This document shows, in pieces, positions 53,863 to 61,679 of a stretch of DNA of 64,000 bases. A model generated the notes under the pieces. The model ran no database searches. It was not told the DNA's origin and worked only from the letters and a program-made list of their open reading frames with translations. Numbering within the stretch: position 1 is the stretch's first letter; each line of letters begins with the position of its first letter. Source of the stretch: a virus. The translations under genes and the position numbers were made by a program. The stretch is taken from IMG/VR virus record IMGVR_UViG_3300020404_000006; one strand, 5' to 3'.

Positions 53863-54901
53863 GTTCTAGTTCCTTTGATGTAATTTCAACTACGCCATGT
53901 TGACGAGATTTAATTTGTTCAGTGATCCAAGCATAAGTCTTGGAGATACCTTCTTCAAGAGTCTGTGAATAATCCCATCCAAGTTTCTCACGAATAAGAT
54001 CGTTGTTTGAATTACGTCCACGGACACCCAAAGGTGCATCAAGTTTGTGTGCCTTTCTAACAACCTTACCTGATACCTTAGCAGCAGTTTCTACCAACTG
54101 ATTGATAGTAACCATTTCTTCAGAACCAATGTTGACAGGTCCTTCAAAATCAGAATCAATCAACCTACGAGTTGCTTCAATGCACTCATCAATGTATAGG
54201 AATGATCTGGTTTGTAAACCGTCTCCCCATACCTCAATAGTTCCTCCTGTGTCTGGTAAAGATGCGACCTTTCTACAGATTGCTGCAGGGGCTTTTTCTT
54301 TTCCGCCATCCCAAGTCCCTTCAGGACCAAAAATGTTATGATAGCGAGCCACAGAAACGTCAAGGTTGTAGTTGCGAGCATAGGCAAAATACAATCTCTC
54401 CGAAAAGAGTTTTTCCCATCCATACTCTGAGTCTGGATTGGCTGGGTAGGCAGAGTTCTCACGGCAATCAGGATTGTCTGGATCTAATTGATTATGTTCT
54501 GGGTACATACAAGCAGAACTAGAATAGAAGATCTTAGTTTTGTTTGTACCAAGTAATCTATTAAGTTGAACTTGTTCGTTCAGAACATTCAAATTAATAG
54601 TTGCTGAGTTGTGCATGATGTCAGCAGAGTGTTCATCTGTAAAGATGTATCCAGCACCACCCATGTCGGCAGCGAACTGGTAGATCTCATCAAAAGAATC
54701 TCCATTTACATCTAAGACTTGTGCTACAAGTCCTACTTCTCTAAGATCACCTTGAACAAAATCATCGGCAGCACTCATAGAGAAATCGGGGTACTTAATA
54801 TCAACGCCACGAACCCAATACCCTTCTGATCGTAGTCGTTTTACCATGTGACTTCCAATGAAGCCGCCTGCACCCAATACTAGTGCTGTCTTCTTATCCA
54901 T
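53846..54901 (-). CDS. GDP-mannose 3,5-epimerase-like SDR
   Basis: GAGGFIGSH, AADMGGAG, YSSSACMYP, YGWEK, RYHNIFGPEG, EKAPAA, WGDG.QTRSF. Confidence 0.88.
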   Translation of the reverse strand: MDKKTALVLGAGGFIGSHMVKRLRSEGYWVRGVDIKYPDFSMSAADDFVQGDLREVGLVAQVLDVNGDSFDEIYQFAADMGGAGYIFTDEHSADIMHNSATINLNVLNEQVQLNRLLGTNKTKIFYSSSACMYPEHNQLDPDNPDCRENSAYPANPDSEYGWEKLFSERLYFAYARNYNLDVSVARYHNIFGPEGTWDGGKEKAPAAICRKVASLPDTGGTIEVWGDGLQTRSFLYIDECIEATRRLIDSDFEGPVNIGSEEMVTINQLVETAAKVSGKVVRKAHKLDAPLGVRGRNSNNDLIREKLGWDYSQTLEEGISKTYAWITEQIKSRQHGVVEITSKELEHAKSN

Positions 54902-54936
54902 ACAAGTTTGAAATAAACTTCATCTTATTTATTGTA

Positions 54937-55680
54937 TCAGACTTCAGCGGTTTGTGCAATAATGTTTACAGTTGGAAACCAACCGAGTTCCATCATAGGT
55001 TCTACATTTGCACATAACTCGTCAGGTTCGTTGGGAGTTTCCTCCTTGATAGGAAGATGACTCATACCTAAAGACTCAGCAAGATCCAATACAGATGTCA
55101 TCTGTCCTGTTCCGATATCAATAGTTCCTGTGTATGTACTGGTAATCAAGTAATGGATTGCTCTCACAACATCCAATACATGAATCCAATCTCTCTTATG
55201 TCTTGTCAAATATTTTGCAGTTCTTTGTTTCAACATTTCATATAACATATCATCTCTACTTCCTTCTTCTGCCCACACATTAAAAAATCTCATGCCCACA
55301 CTGTTAGGTGGTGCCATGAGTTCATTTGCTTTCTTTGTGATAGCATAAGGATTCTGCCACCACTCGTGTGCTCCAGCAGAACTTGCATACAATAACCTAA
55401 CGTTATTCTCTCTACAATAATCAAAGATAGGTTTAGACTTCTCTACATTATTATTCCAGAACTTATGTGGATTATCCACACTATCTCTCAGTGCAGCGTA
55501 GGCTGCAAGATGTATAATACAATCCCAATGTTCTGCGAACATACCAGAAGGACCTACAAAGTCTCCAATGTCATCTGGTCTGTCTAATCCTTGAACACCG
55601 TATCCAAAAACTTCTCTTAGAGAAGAGAACAGTTCCTTGCCAATAAAACCTTTGTGGCCAGTTATTAAAATTCTAGTCAT
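54937..55680 (-). CDS. NAD-dependent epimerase/dehydratase
   Basis: ILITGHKGFIG, HLAA, YASS, YAITK, RDWIHV. Confidence 0.85.
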   Translation of the reverse strand: MTRILITGHKGFIGKELFSSLREVFGYGVQGLDRPDDIGDFVGPSGMFAEHWDCIIHLAAYAALRDSVDNPHKFWNNNVEKSKPIFDYCRENNVRLLYASSAGAHEWWQNPYAITKKANELMAPPNSVGMRFFNVWAEEGSRDDMLYEMLKQRTAKYLTRHKRDWIHVLDVVRAIHYLITSTYTGTIDIGTGQMTSVLDLAESLGMSHLPIKEETPNEPDELCANVEPMMELGWFPTVNIIAQTAEV

Positions 55681-55886
55681 TTTCTTTTCTTCCTGTGGCG
55701 TGCAATCCAATTCCTTGCTGTGTCATCATTAAGAGCTGTGTGTAGGATCTCTCCTTCATATACTATCACTCTTTTGGATTTACCGCATGGTACAGCAGCG
55801 TATCCATCTTTAGTAAAGAAACCCATCTTAGTATCCTTATAATAATTATAAGTTGATCTGAGTTCCTTCTCTTCTGGAGTCATCAT
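55677..55886 (-). CDS. Conserved hypothetical protein
   Basis: GFFTKDGYAAVPCG; ATGA overlaps. Confidence 0.65.
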   Translation of the reverse strand: MMTPEEKELRSTYNYYKDTKMGFFTKDGYAAVPCGKSKRVIVYEGEILHTALNDDTARNWIARHRKKRK

Positions 55887-56533
55887 GTTTTAACTTCAAA
55901 TGTGAGATGATTATTACAATCCCCAAAGAACTTGCCGTCTAGATTGTAATTGAATGAGATACTATATCTTTCCTCATTAGAAAATGAAGGAGTCACATAG
56001 TGATCTAGGTGTGCAGGGAAAAGAAATAGACCACACTCTTCTGGTTCAAATTTTTTCTCAAAACTATTGAGATCATCATAGCCAGTCACGGATGGTTCCC
56101 AATGACTAGTGATCCAAGTAGATTGTTTGGTTGTAAAAACAATGTCGCCACTGTTCTCAGGAACCTGTAGATAAAACACTCCAGCAAACTGAGTATTGTT
56201 GTGACGATGTTCTGCAATATAATTTCCCTTCGTTTGTAGGTTACCCCAAGAATTGATTCTTTTCAACCCATGTTTTTTCAAATCAAGTTGTAGGGACTTA
56301 GCGAACTTATAAACTTCATTCTCAATACTATTTTCTAACAACCTCAACTCTGGACTTGACAATAAATCCGCTTGCAATTTTGTTGTCTCTCCGTTAGGTC
56401 TGTTGACTATATCCGTATCTGGTGCCCATTCACATGTCTTTAAAAAATCTAACATGTGTTTCAATTCAGATGGTCTGAAGTCTAAGACATTTTGATAAAC
56501 TGGTGTTGGAAATAGAATATGAATATGAGACAT
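55883..56533 (-). CDS. Putative 2OG-Fe(II) oxygenase (TIGR02466-like)
   Basis: LFPTPVY, SWGN, HRH, GVFYL, LFPAHLDHYV, RYSISFN. Confidence 0.85.
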   Translation of the reverse strand: MSHIHILFPTPVYQNVLDFRPSELKHMLDFLKTCEWAPDTDIVNRPNGETTKLQADLLSSPELRLLENSIENEVYKFAKSLQLDLKKHGLKRINSWGNLQTKGNYIAEHRHNNTQFAGVFYLQVPENSGDIVFTTKQSTWITSHWEPSVTGYDDLNSFEKKFEPEECGLFLFPAHLDHYVTPSFSNEERYSISFNYNLDGKFFGDCNNHLTFEVKT

Positions 56534-57150
56534 CAGTTTGCGTTTAAACTTTCATTGTATTGGTTATCAAGAATCCCTGCTGTGTTTACTTGTTGCAGTC
56601 CAATGTTTCCTTGCCACCAACCAGTAGCAATATACTTATCACTCATAGGAGGATTGCCTCTATGTAAATGAGTATATCCACCAGGCCAAATAAGAATAGT
56701 TCCTTTCTTTGGTTTTACTTTTCTCTTTTGATATAAAAATTCTGTCTCTCCACCCTCTTCTACATCATTCAAATATACCATCCATGCCATAGTTCTATTA
56801 CCTAGATTCCAATTCACATTTTCTGCATGGAACAAATGATATCCGTTAGTGGGTTCTGTCTTTTGAAGTAGACACAGAGAACTTACATAACTGAAATTGC
56901 CTAGGTAGGTATATTCATTGATGTAATGAAATAAACAATTAGTAACATACTTCATCAACTGGGAACACTCACTAGGAGAAAATCCATCCAGACATATTTG
57001 TTTATCTTTTACATGACTAAAATTTCTTTTAAAATCTGTAAACTCTGCCTTGTCCATGTAGTCTACAAGGAAGTCACAGAAGCGTGGGTCTACTGCGTTC
57101 TCAAATATTCCAATAAAGTCATGGAATTCATATTTAATTTCGGTGTCCAT
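56533..57150 (-). CDS. 2OG-Fe(II) oxygenase
   Basis: YHLFHAE, YLNDVEEGGETEF, GTILIWP...HLHRGNPP...KYIATGW. Confidence 0.9.
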   Translation of the reverse strand: MDTEIKYEFHDFIGIFENAVDPRFCDFLVDYMDKAEFTDFKRNFSHVKDKQICLDGFSPSECSQLMKYVTNCLFHYINEYTYLGNFSYVSSLCLLQKTEPTNGYHLFHAENVNWNLGNRTMAWMVYLNDVEEGGETEFLYQKRKVKPKKGTILIWPGGYTHLHRGNPPMSDKYIATGWWQGNIGLQQVNTAGILDNQYNESLNAN

Positions 57151-57154
57151 TATG

Positions 57155-57397
57155 TTACCAAAGATTTAGTGGGCAATGTGCTGCACTAAATTTGACCTTA
57201 TTTACTAAAAAACAACCACACTCTTTACACAAGTGTCGGTCTGGATCAAATCGATTACAGTCTCTACATATATCTATTCGTGCTTTTTTGACCTCATCAG
57301 GAACAAGCAAGGTTCCGTCAAAGACGAAACCTTTAACAATATCATAGGCGGTCTTTGATAAGTTAGCCGCCTTCTCTGGTAGAGAAGGATCAGTCAT
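57155..57397 (-). CDS. Small Cys-rich protein (DUF6171-like)
   Basis: RIDICRDC...CKECGCF...K......CPLNLW. Confidence 0.7.
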   Translation of the reverse strand: MTDPSLPEKAANLSKTAYDIVKGFVFDGTLLVPDEVKKARIDICRDCNRFDPDRHLCKECGCFLVNKVKFSAAHCPLNLW

Positions 57398-57620
57398 CCT
57401 TGATATAACATGGAACCCCAGCTGGGTCTAACCACTTTGTATATTCAAAGTCATCAATGGCAAGTTTGAACTGCATGTAATTATCACATAGATACATGTC
57501 TTTGTATCTACCTGAGAACTGATTGTACTTTTGAATACGGTAATCGGGATTACCATTATCCAAGAGTTCTTCCATTTGAACGTACCTATATGGTTCGTTG
57601 TGGCATACTACATCAATCAT
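57390..57620 (-). CDS. Conserved hypothetical protein
   Basis: NEPYRYVQM...DYRIQKYN...LDPAGVPCY. Confidence 0.7.
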   Translation of the reverse strand: MIDVVCHNEPYRYVQMEELLDNGNPDYRIQKYNQFSGRYKDMYLCDNYMQFKLAIDDFEYTKWLDPAGVPCYIKDD

Positions 57621-57832
57621 TTAGAAACTCCTAGATCTTCCGCAATCAGACTCATTAGCAATGAATACTCCTGTTCTGGATCCTCATCGCTGAACTCATA
57701 ACCTTCTCCCTTATAGTACCTCAAAACTTTTTTGTAAATCTTTGGATACTTGAAGTCGAGTGCAAACTCTTGGTCTACTGCTCCCTCCAAAGCATCAAGA
57801 TTTTTCTTGAACTTAGAAATGAAAGTGGACAT
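57617..57832 (-). CDS. Conserved hypothetical protein
   Basis: ORF track, own promoter upstream. Confidence 0.65.
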   Translation of the reverse strand: MSTFISKFKKNLDALEGAVDQEFALDFKYPKIYKKVLRYYKGEGYEFSDEDPEQEYSLLMSLIAEDLGVSK

Positions 57833-57855
57833 TTTCCGATTGTGTTTACGTTACT

Positions 57856-57884
57856 ATTGTAGTCCTGTATTTAGTTTTTGTCAA
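57856..57884 (-). promoter_or_regulatory. sigma70 promoter with late-promoter-like CTAAATA in the spacer
   Basis: TTGACA-17 nt-TACAAT. Confidence 0.65.
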
Positions 57885-58081
57885 GCACCGTCATCATGAT
57901 TCCACATGTGCTCTATATCCTGAGCCTGTCCAGAATCAATAAGTGGTTTTAGAATATCATTATGAGGAACAAGTGCTACCTGTCCATCAGGAGTATCTAT
58001 TAAAAAGGTCTCTCCAGCTGACGCTCGATCGACCAATTCTTCAAAGTTTTCTTCAAGATATTCAAGAGAAATTACTTGCAT
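57881..58081 (-). CDS. Phd/YefM antitoxin-like protein
   Basis: MQVISLEYLEENFEELVDRASAGETFLIDTPDGQVALVP matches the Phd N-terminal pattern. Confidence 0.6.
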   Translation of the reverse strand: MQVISLEYLEENFEELVDRASAGETFLIDTPDGQVALVPHNDILKPLIDSGQAQDIEHMWNHDDGA

Positions 58082-58722
58082 TACATTTGCGGTTGTTTAG
58101 GTAAATGTTCAAATGATCCTGGCATGTGTGCGCTGTCTTTAGCCGTTGCTGCGTTTACCTCGTTAATATGATCAATCTGATCTCTGTTCTTTAAGAACTC
58201 TAACATCTGACTTGCATGTGTGAGTTCAAATGGATCATTAGGTAAGTTGTCTCTACTTCCAACACCATCTGGTGTCTCTTCCTCAAGGTAAACCATCTGA
58301 ATATTATTTTCAATTAGCATAACCCAACGCCATGCTCTCATTCCCATACCTTTATTGTACATCTTGACGGAACATTGAGTTGCAGCCATTCCACCTTGCT
58401 TTGCAAGTCTTAGAACGTATGCTCCATTTCCATCTGGAAGATACTTAAGTTTTTTGATCTTCATGTCTTTAAACCACTTGTCCATCACAAATGAATCGTT
58501 CATAGAAACGACATAGATCTCATCAACAATAGTTTCTTTGATGAAGCTGTCATAGAGTTTCTCATACTCCTTGACCATCTCTGTACATGGAGGTGTGAAA
58601 GCACCGCACACAGAGACAAGAAGAACATCTTTACCCTCGAACAATGAGTGTACTGATTTCTTCACTAATTTTTTTGATTTGTTATTCCAAAAGAACAACT
58701 CTGCATCAGGCAATAAATTCAT
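58081..58722 (-). CDS. Peroxiredoxin (Prx5/redoxin type)
   Basis: GAFTPPC, VSMNDSFVM..W, LPDGNG, RAWRWVMLI. Confidence 0.85.
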   Translation of the reverse strand: MNLLPDAELFFWNNKSKKLVKKSVHSLFEGKDVLLVSVCGAFTPPCTEMVKEYEKLYDSFIKETIVDEIYVVSMNDSFVMDKWFKDMKIKKLKYLPDGNGAYVLRLAKQGGMAATQCSVKMYNKGMGMRAWRWVMLIENNIQMVYLEEETPDGVGSRDNLPNDPFELTHASQMLEFLKNRDQIDHINEVNAATAKDSAHMPGSFEHLPKQPQM

Positions 58723-58758
58723 TTTTCTAATTTACTTTCATGTATAGTATGTATAAGG

Positions 58759-58971
58759 TTACTCGGAGAGTTCTCTGAGTGCCTCAAGTTTAATAAATTG
58801 TTCGTTGAGATTATAGTGTAACTTATAATTTACAGTTGTCAAGTAAAACCCAACAATTTCTGATCCGTCACAACTGTATCCATAGCCCGTAAGTTTTTCA
58901 TTTACGCCATCAATTTTCAATGACTTACCTTTTTCAAGGTAGCTATGGTACTTCTCGTCTAGACTGATCAT
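58759..58971 (-). CDS. Hypothetical protein
   Basis: ORF track, ATGA overlap. Confidence 0.6.
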   Translation of the reverse strand: MISLDEKYHSYLEKGKSLKIDGVNEKLTGYGYSCDGSEIVGFYLTTVNYKLHYNLNEQFIKLEALRELSE

Positions 58972-59216
58972 CGTTCCTCGTAGATTAATTTTTTAACGCC
59001 TCTTCTTCGGCGTTCCTCTTGGTATTTTAGATCATCAAATGTCAGAATACCATCATATTTAATAGTTTTGTCATATTCTGTAAGGATTACCTGATTAAGA
59101 TCGATAGCCCCAACAGTCTCATCAACAACCATCATTTGATTTTCACATCTACAGACTTGAACTTTAGTCGTTGCTCGCAACTCTGTATTACATAGTTTAC
59201 ATCTCGCTTTCAACAT
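58968..59216 (-). CDS. Zn-ribbon-like hypothetical protein
   Basis: RCKLC...CRCEN. Confidence 0.65.
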   Translation of the reverse strand: MLKARCKLCNTELRATTKVQVCRCENQMMVVDETVGAIDLNQVILTEYDKTIKYDGILTFDDLKYQEERRRRGVKKLIYEER

Positions 59217-59631
59217 TGTCTTCTACCTTCAAAACTAACTCAAACTCTTTTAATATATCAGCTTCTGGATCTTGATCTCTAATGTTACAGTATTCCAACC
59301 ACCTAAGAGCAGTCTTCTCTGGATCTTTCAATCCCTTTCCACATAAAATAGTATAAGGTCGATCCTCTAAACTGTTAAATTTTGCTACCAAGTATTCTGA
59401 ATAATTTCCAATCAAGTAACAGAGTTCATCTCTGTCAACATCAACTTTGTACATCTGAAATTCATTACCATAAACAGAGTGAAACAACCCTGCCTTCACC
59501 TCATCTTCTGGTCTTCCATAAGAATACAACATACCAGCTACTCTCATGCAATGTGATAAGAGATCGCCTTCCAAATGAGGTATGTGATCTACCCCAAGTT
59601 TGACCATGTAGTTTATATATTCATCCATCAT
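59197..59631 (-). CDS. DUF6817-like HD-type helical protein
   Basis: HLEGDLLSHC..V..ML...AGLFHSVYG. Confidence 0.6.
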   Translation of the reverse strand: MMDEYINYMVKLGVDHIPHLEGDLLSHCMRVAGMLYSYGRPEDEVKAGLFHSVYGNEFQMYKVDVDRDELCYLIGNYSEYLVAKFNSLEDRPYTILCGKGLKDPEKTALRWLEYCNIRDQDPEADILKEFELVLKVEDNVESEM

Positions 59632-60209
59632 CCTGACATATTAATAGTTAATGACAATCTAGGTTCTGGGTTGGCTATGACAGAGTGCATAGTTCCCTCT
59701 GGTATGATAAGAACACCTGATGGATCTGCTTCTTTAGTCTGTCCATTGATACTCCATGTGCAAGTGCCATAGATTGGTTTTACTATGACATGGTAGTCAT
59801 GATTGTGTGGATCAAAACTTGCTCTATTGAAAACAGTTCCAGCACTCAAGTACATATTAGCATTAGTTTCTGATCCCTTGTATTCAAATAATTTTTGATC
59901 AAGAGATCTAAGATCTGATGTCAGATCCATGACGTTACTTAAGAGACTAGTGAACCCCAGATCAAATAACCTCTTCCATTTATCATAGATTATGTAACCT
60001 CTAGAATCAAAGAATCCATTAGATTTTTTCTGGCACTGATTGATGACCTCAAGAGATGGTTCTGGCCATCTATATTTTATTTGAAGCAGATCAAGAATAC
60101 CTTCTTCATCTAAATTTATTTCATGTGATTGTATAATATCTGCCGCCTCTTGAAGATACGGCATAGGATCGGGAACAGGTGGTCTCTGCCACTGTTGATA
60201 ACTATTCAA
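59628..60209 (-). CDS. JmjC/cupin-4-like oxygenase
   Basis: NANMYLS...SFDPHNHDYHVIV...G...W...IPEGTMHSV. Confidence 0.7.
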   Translation of the reverse strand: MNSYQQWQRPPVPDPMPYLQEAADIIQSHEINLDEEGILDLLQIKYRWPEPSLEVINQCQKKSNGFFDSRGYIIYDKWKRLFDLGFTSLLSNVMDLTSDLRSLDQKLFEYKGSETNANMYLSAGTVFNRASFDPHNHDYHVIVKPIYGTCTWSINGQTKEADPSGVLIIPEGTMHSVIANPEPRLSLTINMSG

Positions 60210-60369
60210 TATCCTCTCTCCATTCTTCGTAGAAAGCTACCGCTTCCTCATAGGCACCTTGATCGTACAGGTCATGAATCCTGTCGATGATATAATCTTG
60301 TGTAAGTTTCTCCTCTTCATAATCTTGAGTGAATTGGAAGAGATCGGATTGAAATGAGGGGTCAAGCAT
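60202..60369 (-). CDS. Small acidic hypothetical protein (55 aa, MLDPSFQSDLF...)
   Basis: Hand-translated; fills gap with overlaps. Confidence 0.55.
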   Translation of the reverse strand: MLDPSFQSDLFQFTQDYEEEKLTQDYIIDRIHDLYDQGAYEEAVAFYEEWREDIE

Positions 60370-60799
60370 CGAAATAGTCCTTTCGGTAGTAACGTCCTAG
60401 AACATTAGAATTATAGTAGGCAGGCTCTCCATTGTCAAGAGCCTCAGTCAACACGTTATTTAGAAAGAGTTGTCTGGTCTCCTCATAATTTGTTCTTCCG
60501 AGGGTTCTATGAAGGGATATGATCTCTCTTGAAAAATTTGTCTTTCCATATTCGGATACGTCGGCTTTGAGCTCGGGGGATGATCCATAATATTTCTTCC
60601 AGTCTGACTCAGAGGTAACTCGTCTCTTACCTCCCTTAGGCTTTCGTTTCTGTACGAAATATTTTCTACCGATGTACTTCTTGCCTGTTGTCTTATTAGT
60701 AATGAGGTAGACGTAACCGAAGAAATCGCCAATGTCGTCAGAAGTAAAAGGTTTACCCTCATATAGCCAGGGGTTTTCGTAAACTCCTCCTTCAACCAT
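60362..60799 (-). CDS. GIY-YIG-family nuclease (freestanding)
   Basis: FGYVYLITNKTTGKKYIGRK...Y.GSS...RTNYEE. Confidence 0.8.
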   Translation of the reverse strand: MVEGGVYENPWLYEGKPFTSDDIGDFFGYVYLITNKTTGKKYIGRKYFVQKRKPKGGKRRVTSESDWKKYYGSSPELKADVSEYGKTNFSREIISLHRTLGRTNYEETRQLFLNNVLTEALDNGEPAYYNSNVLGRYYRKDYFDA

Positions 60800-60934
60800 T
60801 TCATCATTTTCATATCTTCACACTATGTATATGAGGTCTCTGATCCTGTTGTACCCACCAGTGCATCGAGCAAACATACAACGTTTGGAATAACACTAGG
60901 GATAATATAATTACTACGTTCGACCATTGAATTG

Positions 60935-61627
60935 TCATTTGAGTTTGCTCCATGTATCTTCCCAACCTTTCACTTCAATAACCTGACCCAATCTATTTCC
61001 AATGATCTTATCTGCCAGTGGTCTATCATTACCGTGTTCATCCATTCTATCACCAAAGAATGCTACATCACCATCCATGAAGTCTCTAACAATTTGACTC
61101 TTATCACTTCCCTTACTTGAAATATCCACACCTGTTTGTCCACCAACAAAAGCATAGAGTTCTGGGAACTGTTTGTTAAATCTATTTGCTATCTCTACTC
61201 TTTCTTTCTTTATATCATCCCAATCACAATACACCTGTCTCTCTACCAGAGTCGCACCTCTACCTACGATACTAAAATTGACACATCCAGGCCTCTCCTC
61301 AATGTGTGTTCCAGTTCTTACTGGAAATGTACTATTGTGTAGTTCCTCTGTGAGAAACTCTCTTGCTTCTTCGGGAAGTTCCCACGGATTTGTATATACT
61401 CTAATATCACCTTCGTACACATCATTGCCAGCACAATTATACACCCTCTTACAATTACAGTAGAGAAGGTGCGTAATTTGTTCTATAGTTTTCTCTCTAT
61501 TACTTCCTGTGACGAGATATACTTCGTTCGCTAGAACAAAACTATTGAAGAATATCAGAAAATCAGGATCAATTTTTTGTCGGCTGGGAGTAAGAGTCCC
61601 ATCGACATCAAAAATGTATTTTGTCAC
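60935..61627 (-). CDS. HAD-IIB phosphomannomutase-like protein
   Basis: FDVDGTLTPSR, LVTGS, NFSIVGR, GGQTGVDI, GD....GND. Confidence 0.85.
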   Translation of the reverse strand: MTKYIFDVDGTLTPSRQKIDPDFLIFFNSFVLANEVYLVTGSNREKTIEQITHLLYCNCKRVYNCAGNDVYEGDIRVYTNPWELPEEAREFLTEELHNSTFPVRTGTHIEERPGCVNFSIVGRGATLVERQVYCDWDDIKKERVEIANRFNKQFPELYAFVGGQTGVDISSKGSDKSQIVRDFMDGDVAFFGDRMDEHGNDRPLADKIIGNRLGQVIEVKGWEDTWSKLK

Positions 61628-61651
61628 GAATTACAAAAGGTTACATACACT

Positions 61652-61679
61652 AGTATAACCTATTTCCTCAGTTTGTCAA
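61652..61679 (-). promoter_or_regulatory. sigma70 promoter
   Basis: TTGACA-16 nt-TATACT. Confidence 0.6.

Noticed and set aside
60362-60799. GIY-YIG gene as an intron-encoded homing endonuclease
   Set aside because: Freestanding and short with no long DNA-binding tail; psbA and thyX are uninterrupted and no group I intron core was seen.
60460-60813. 117-aa same-strand ORF overlapping the GIY-YIG gene
   Set aside because: Almost wholly overlaps a gene with clear motifs and has no recognisable domain; treated as a shadow frame.
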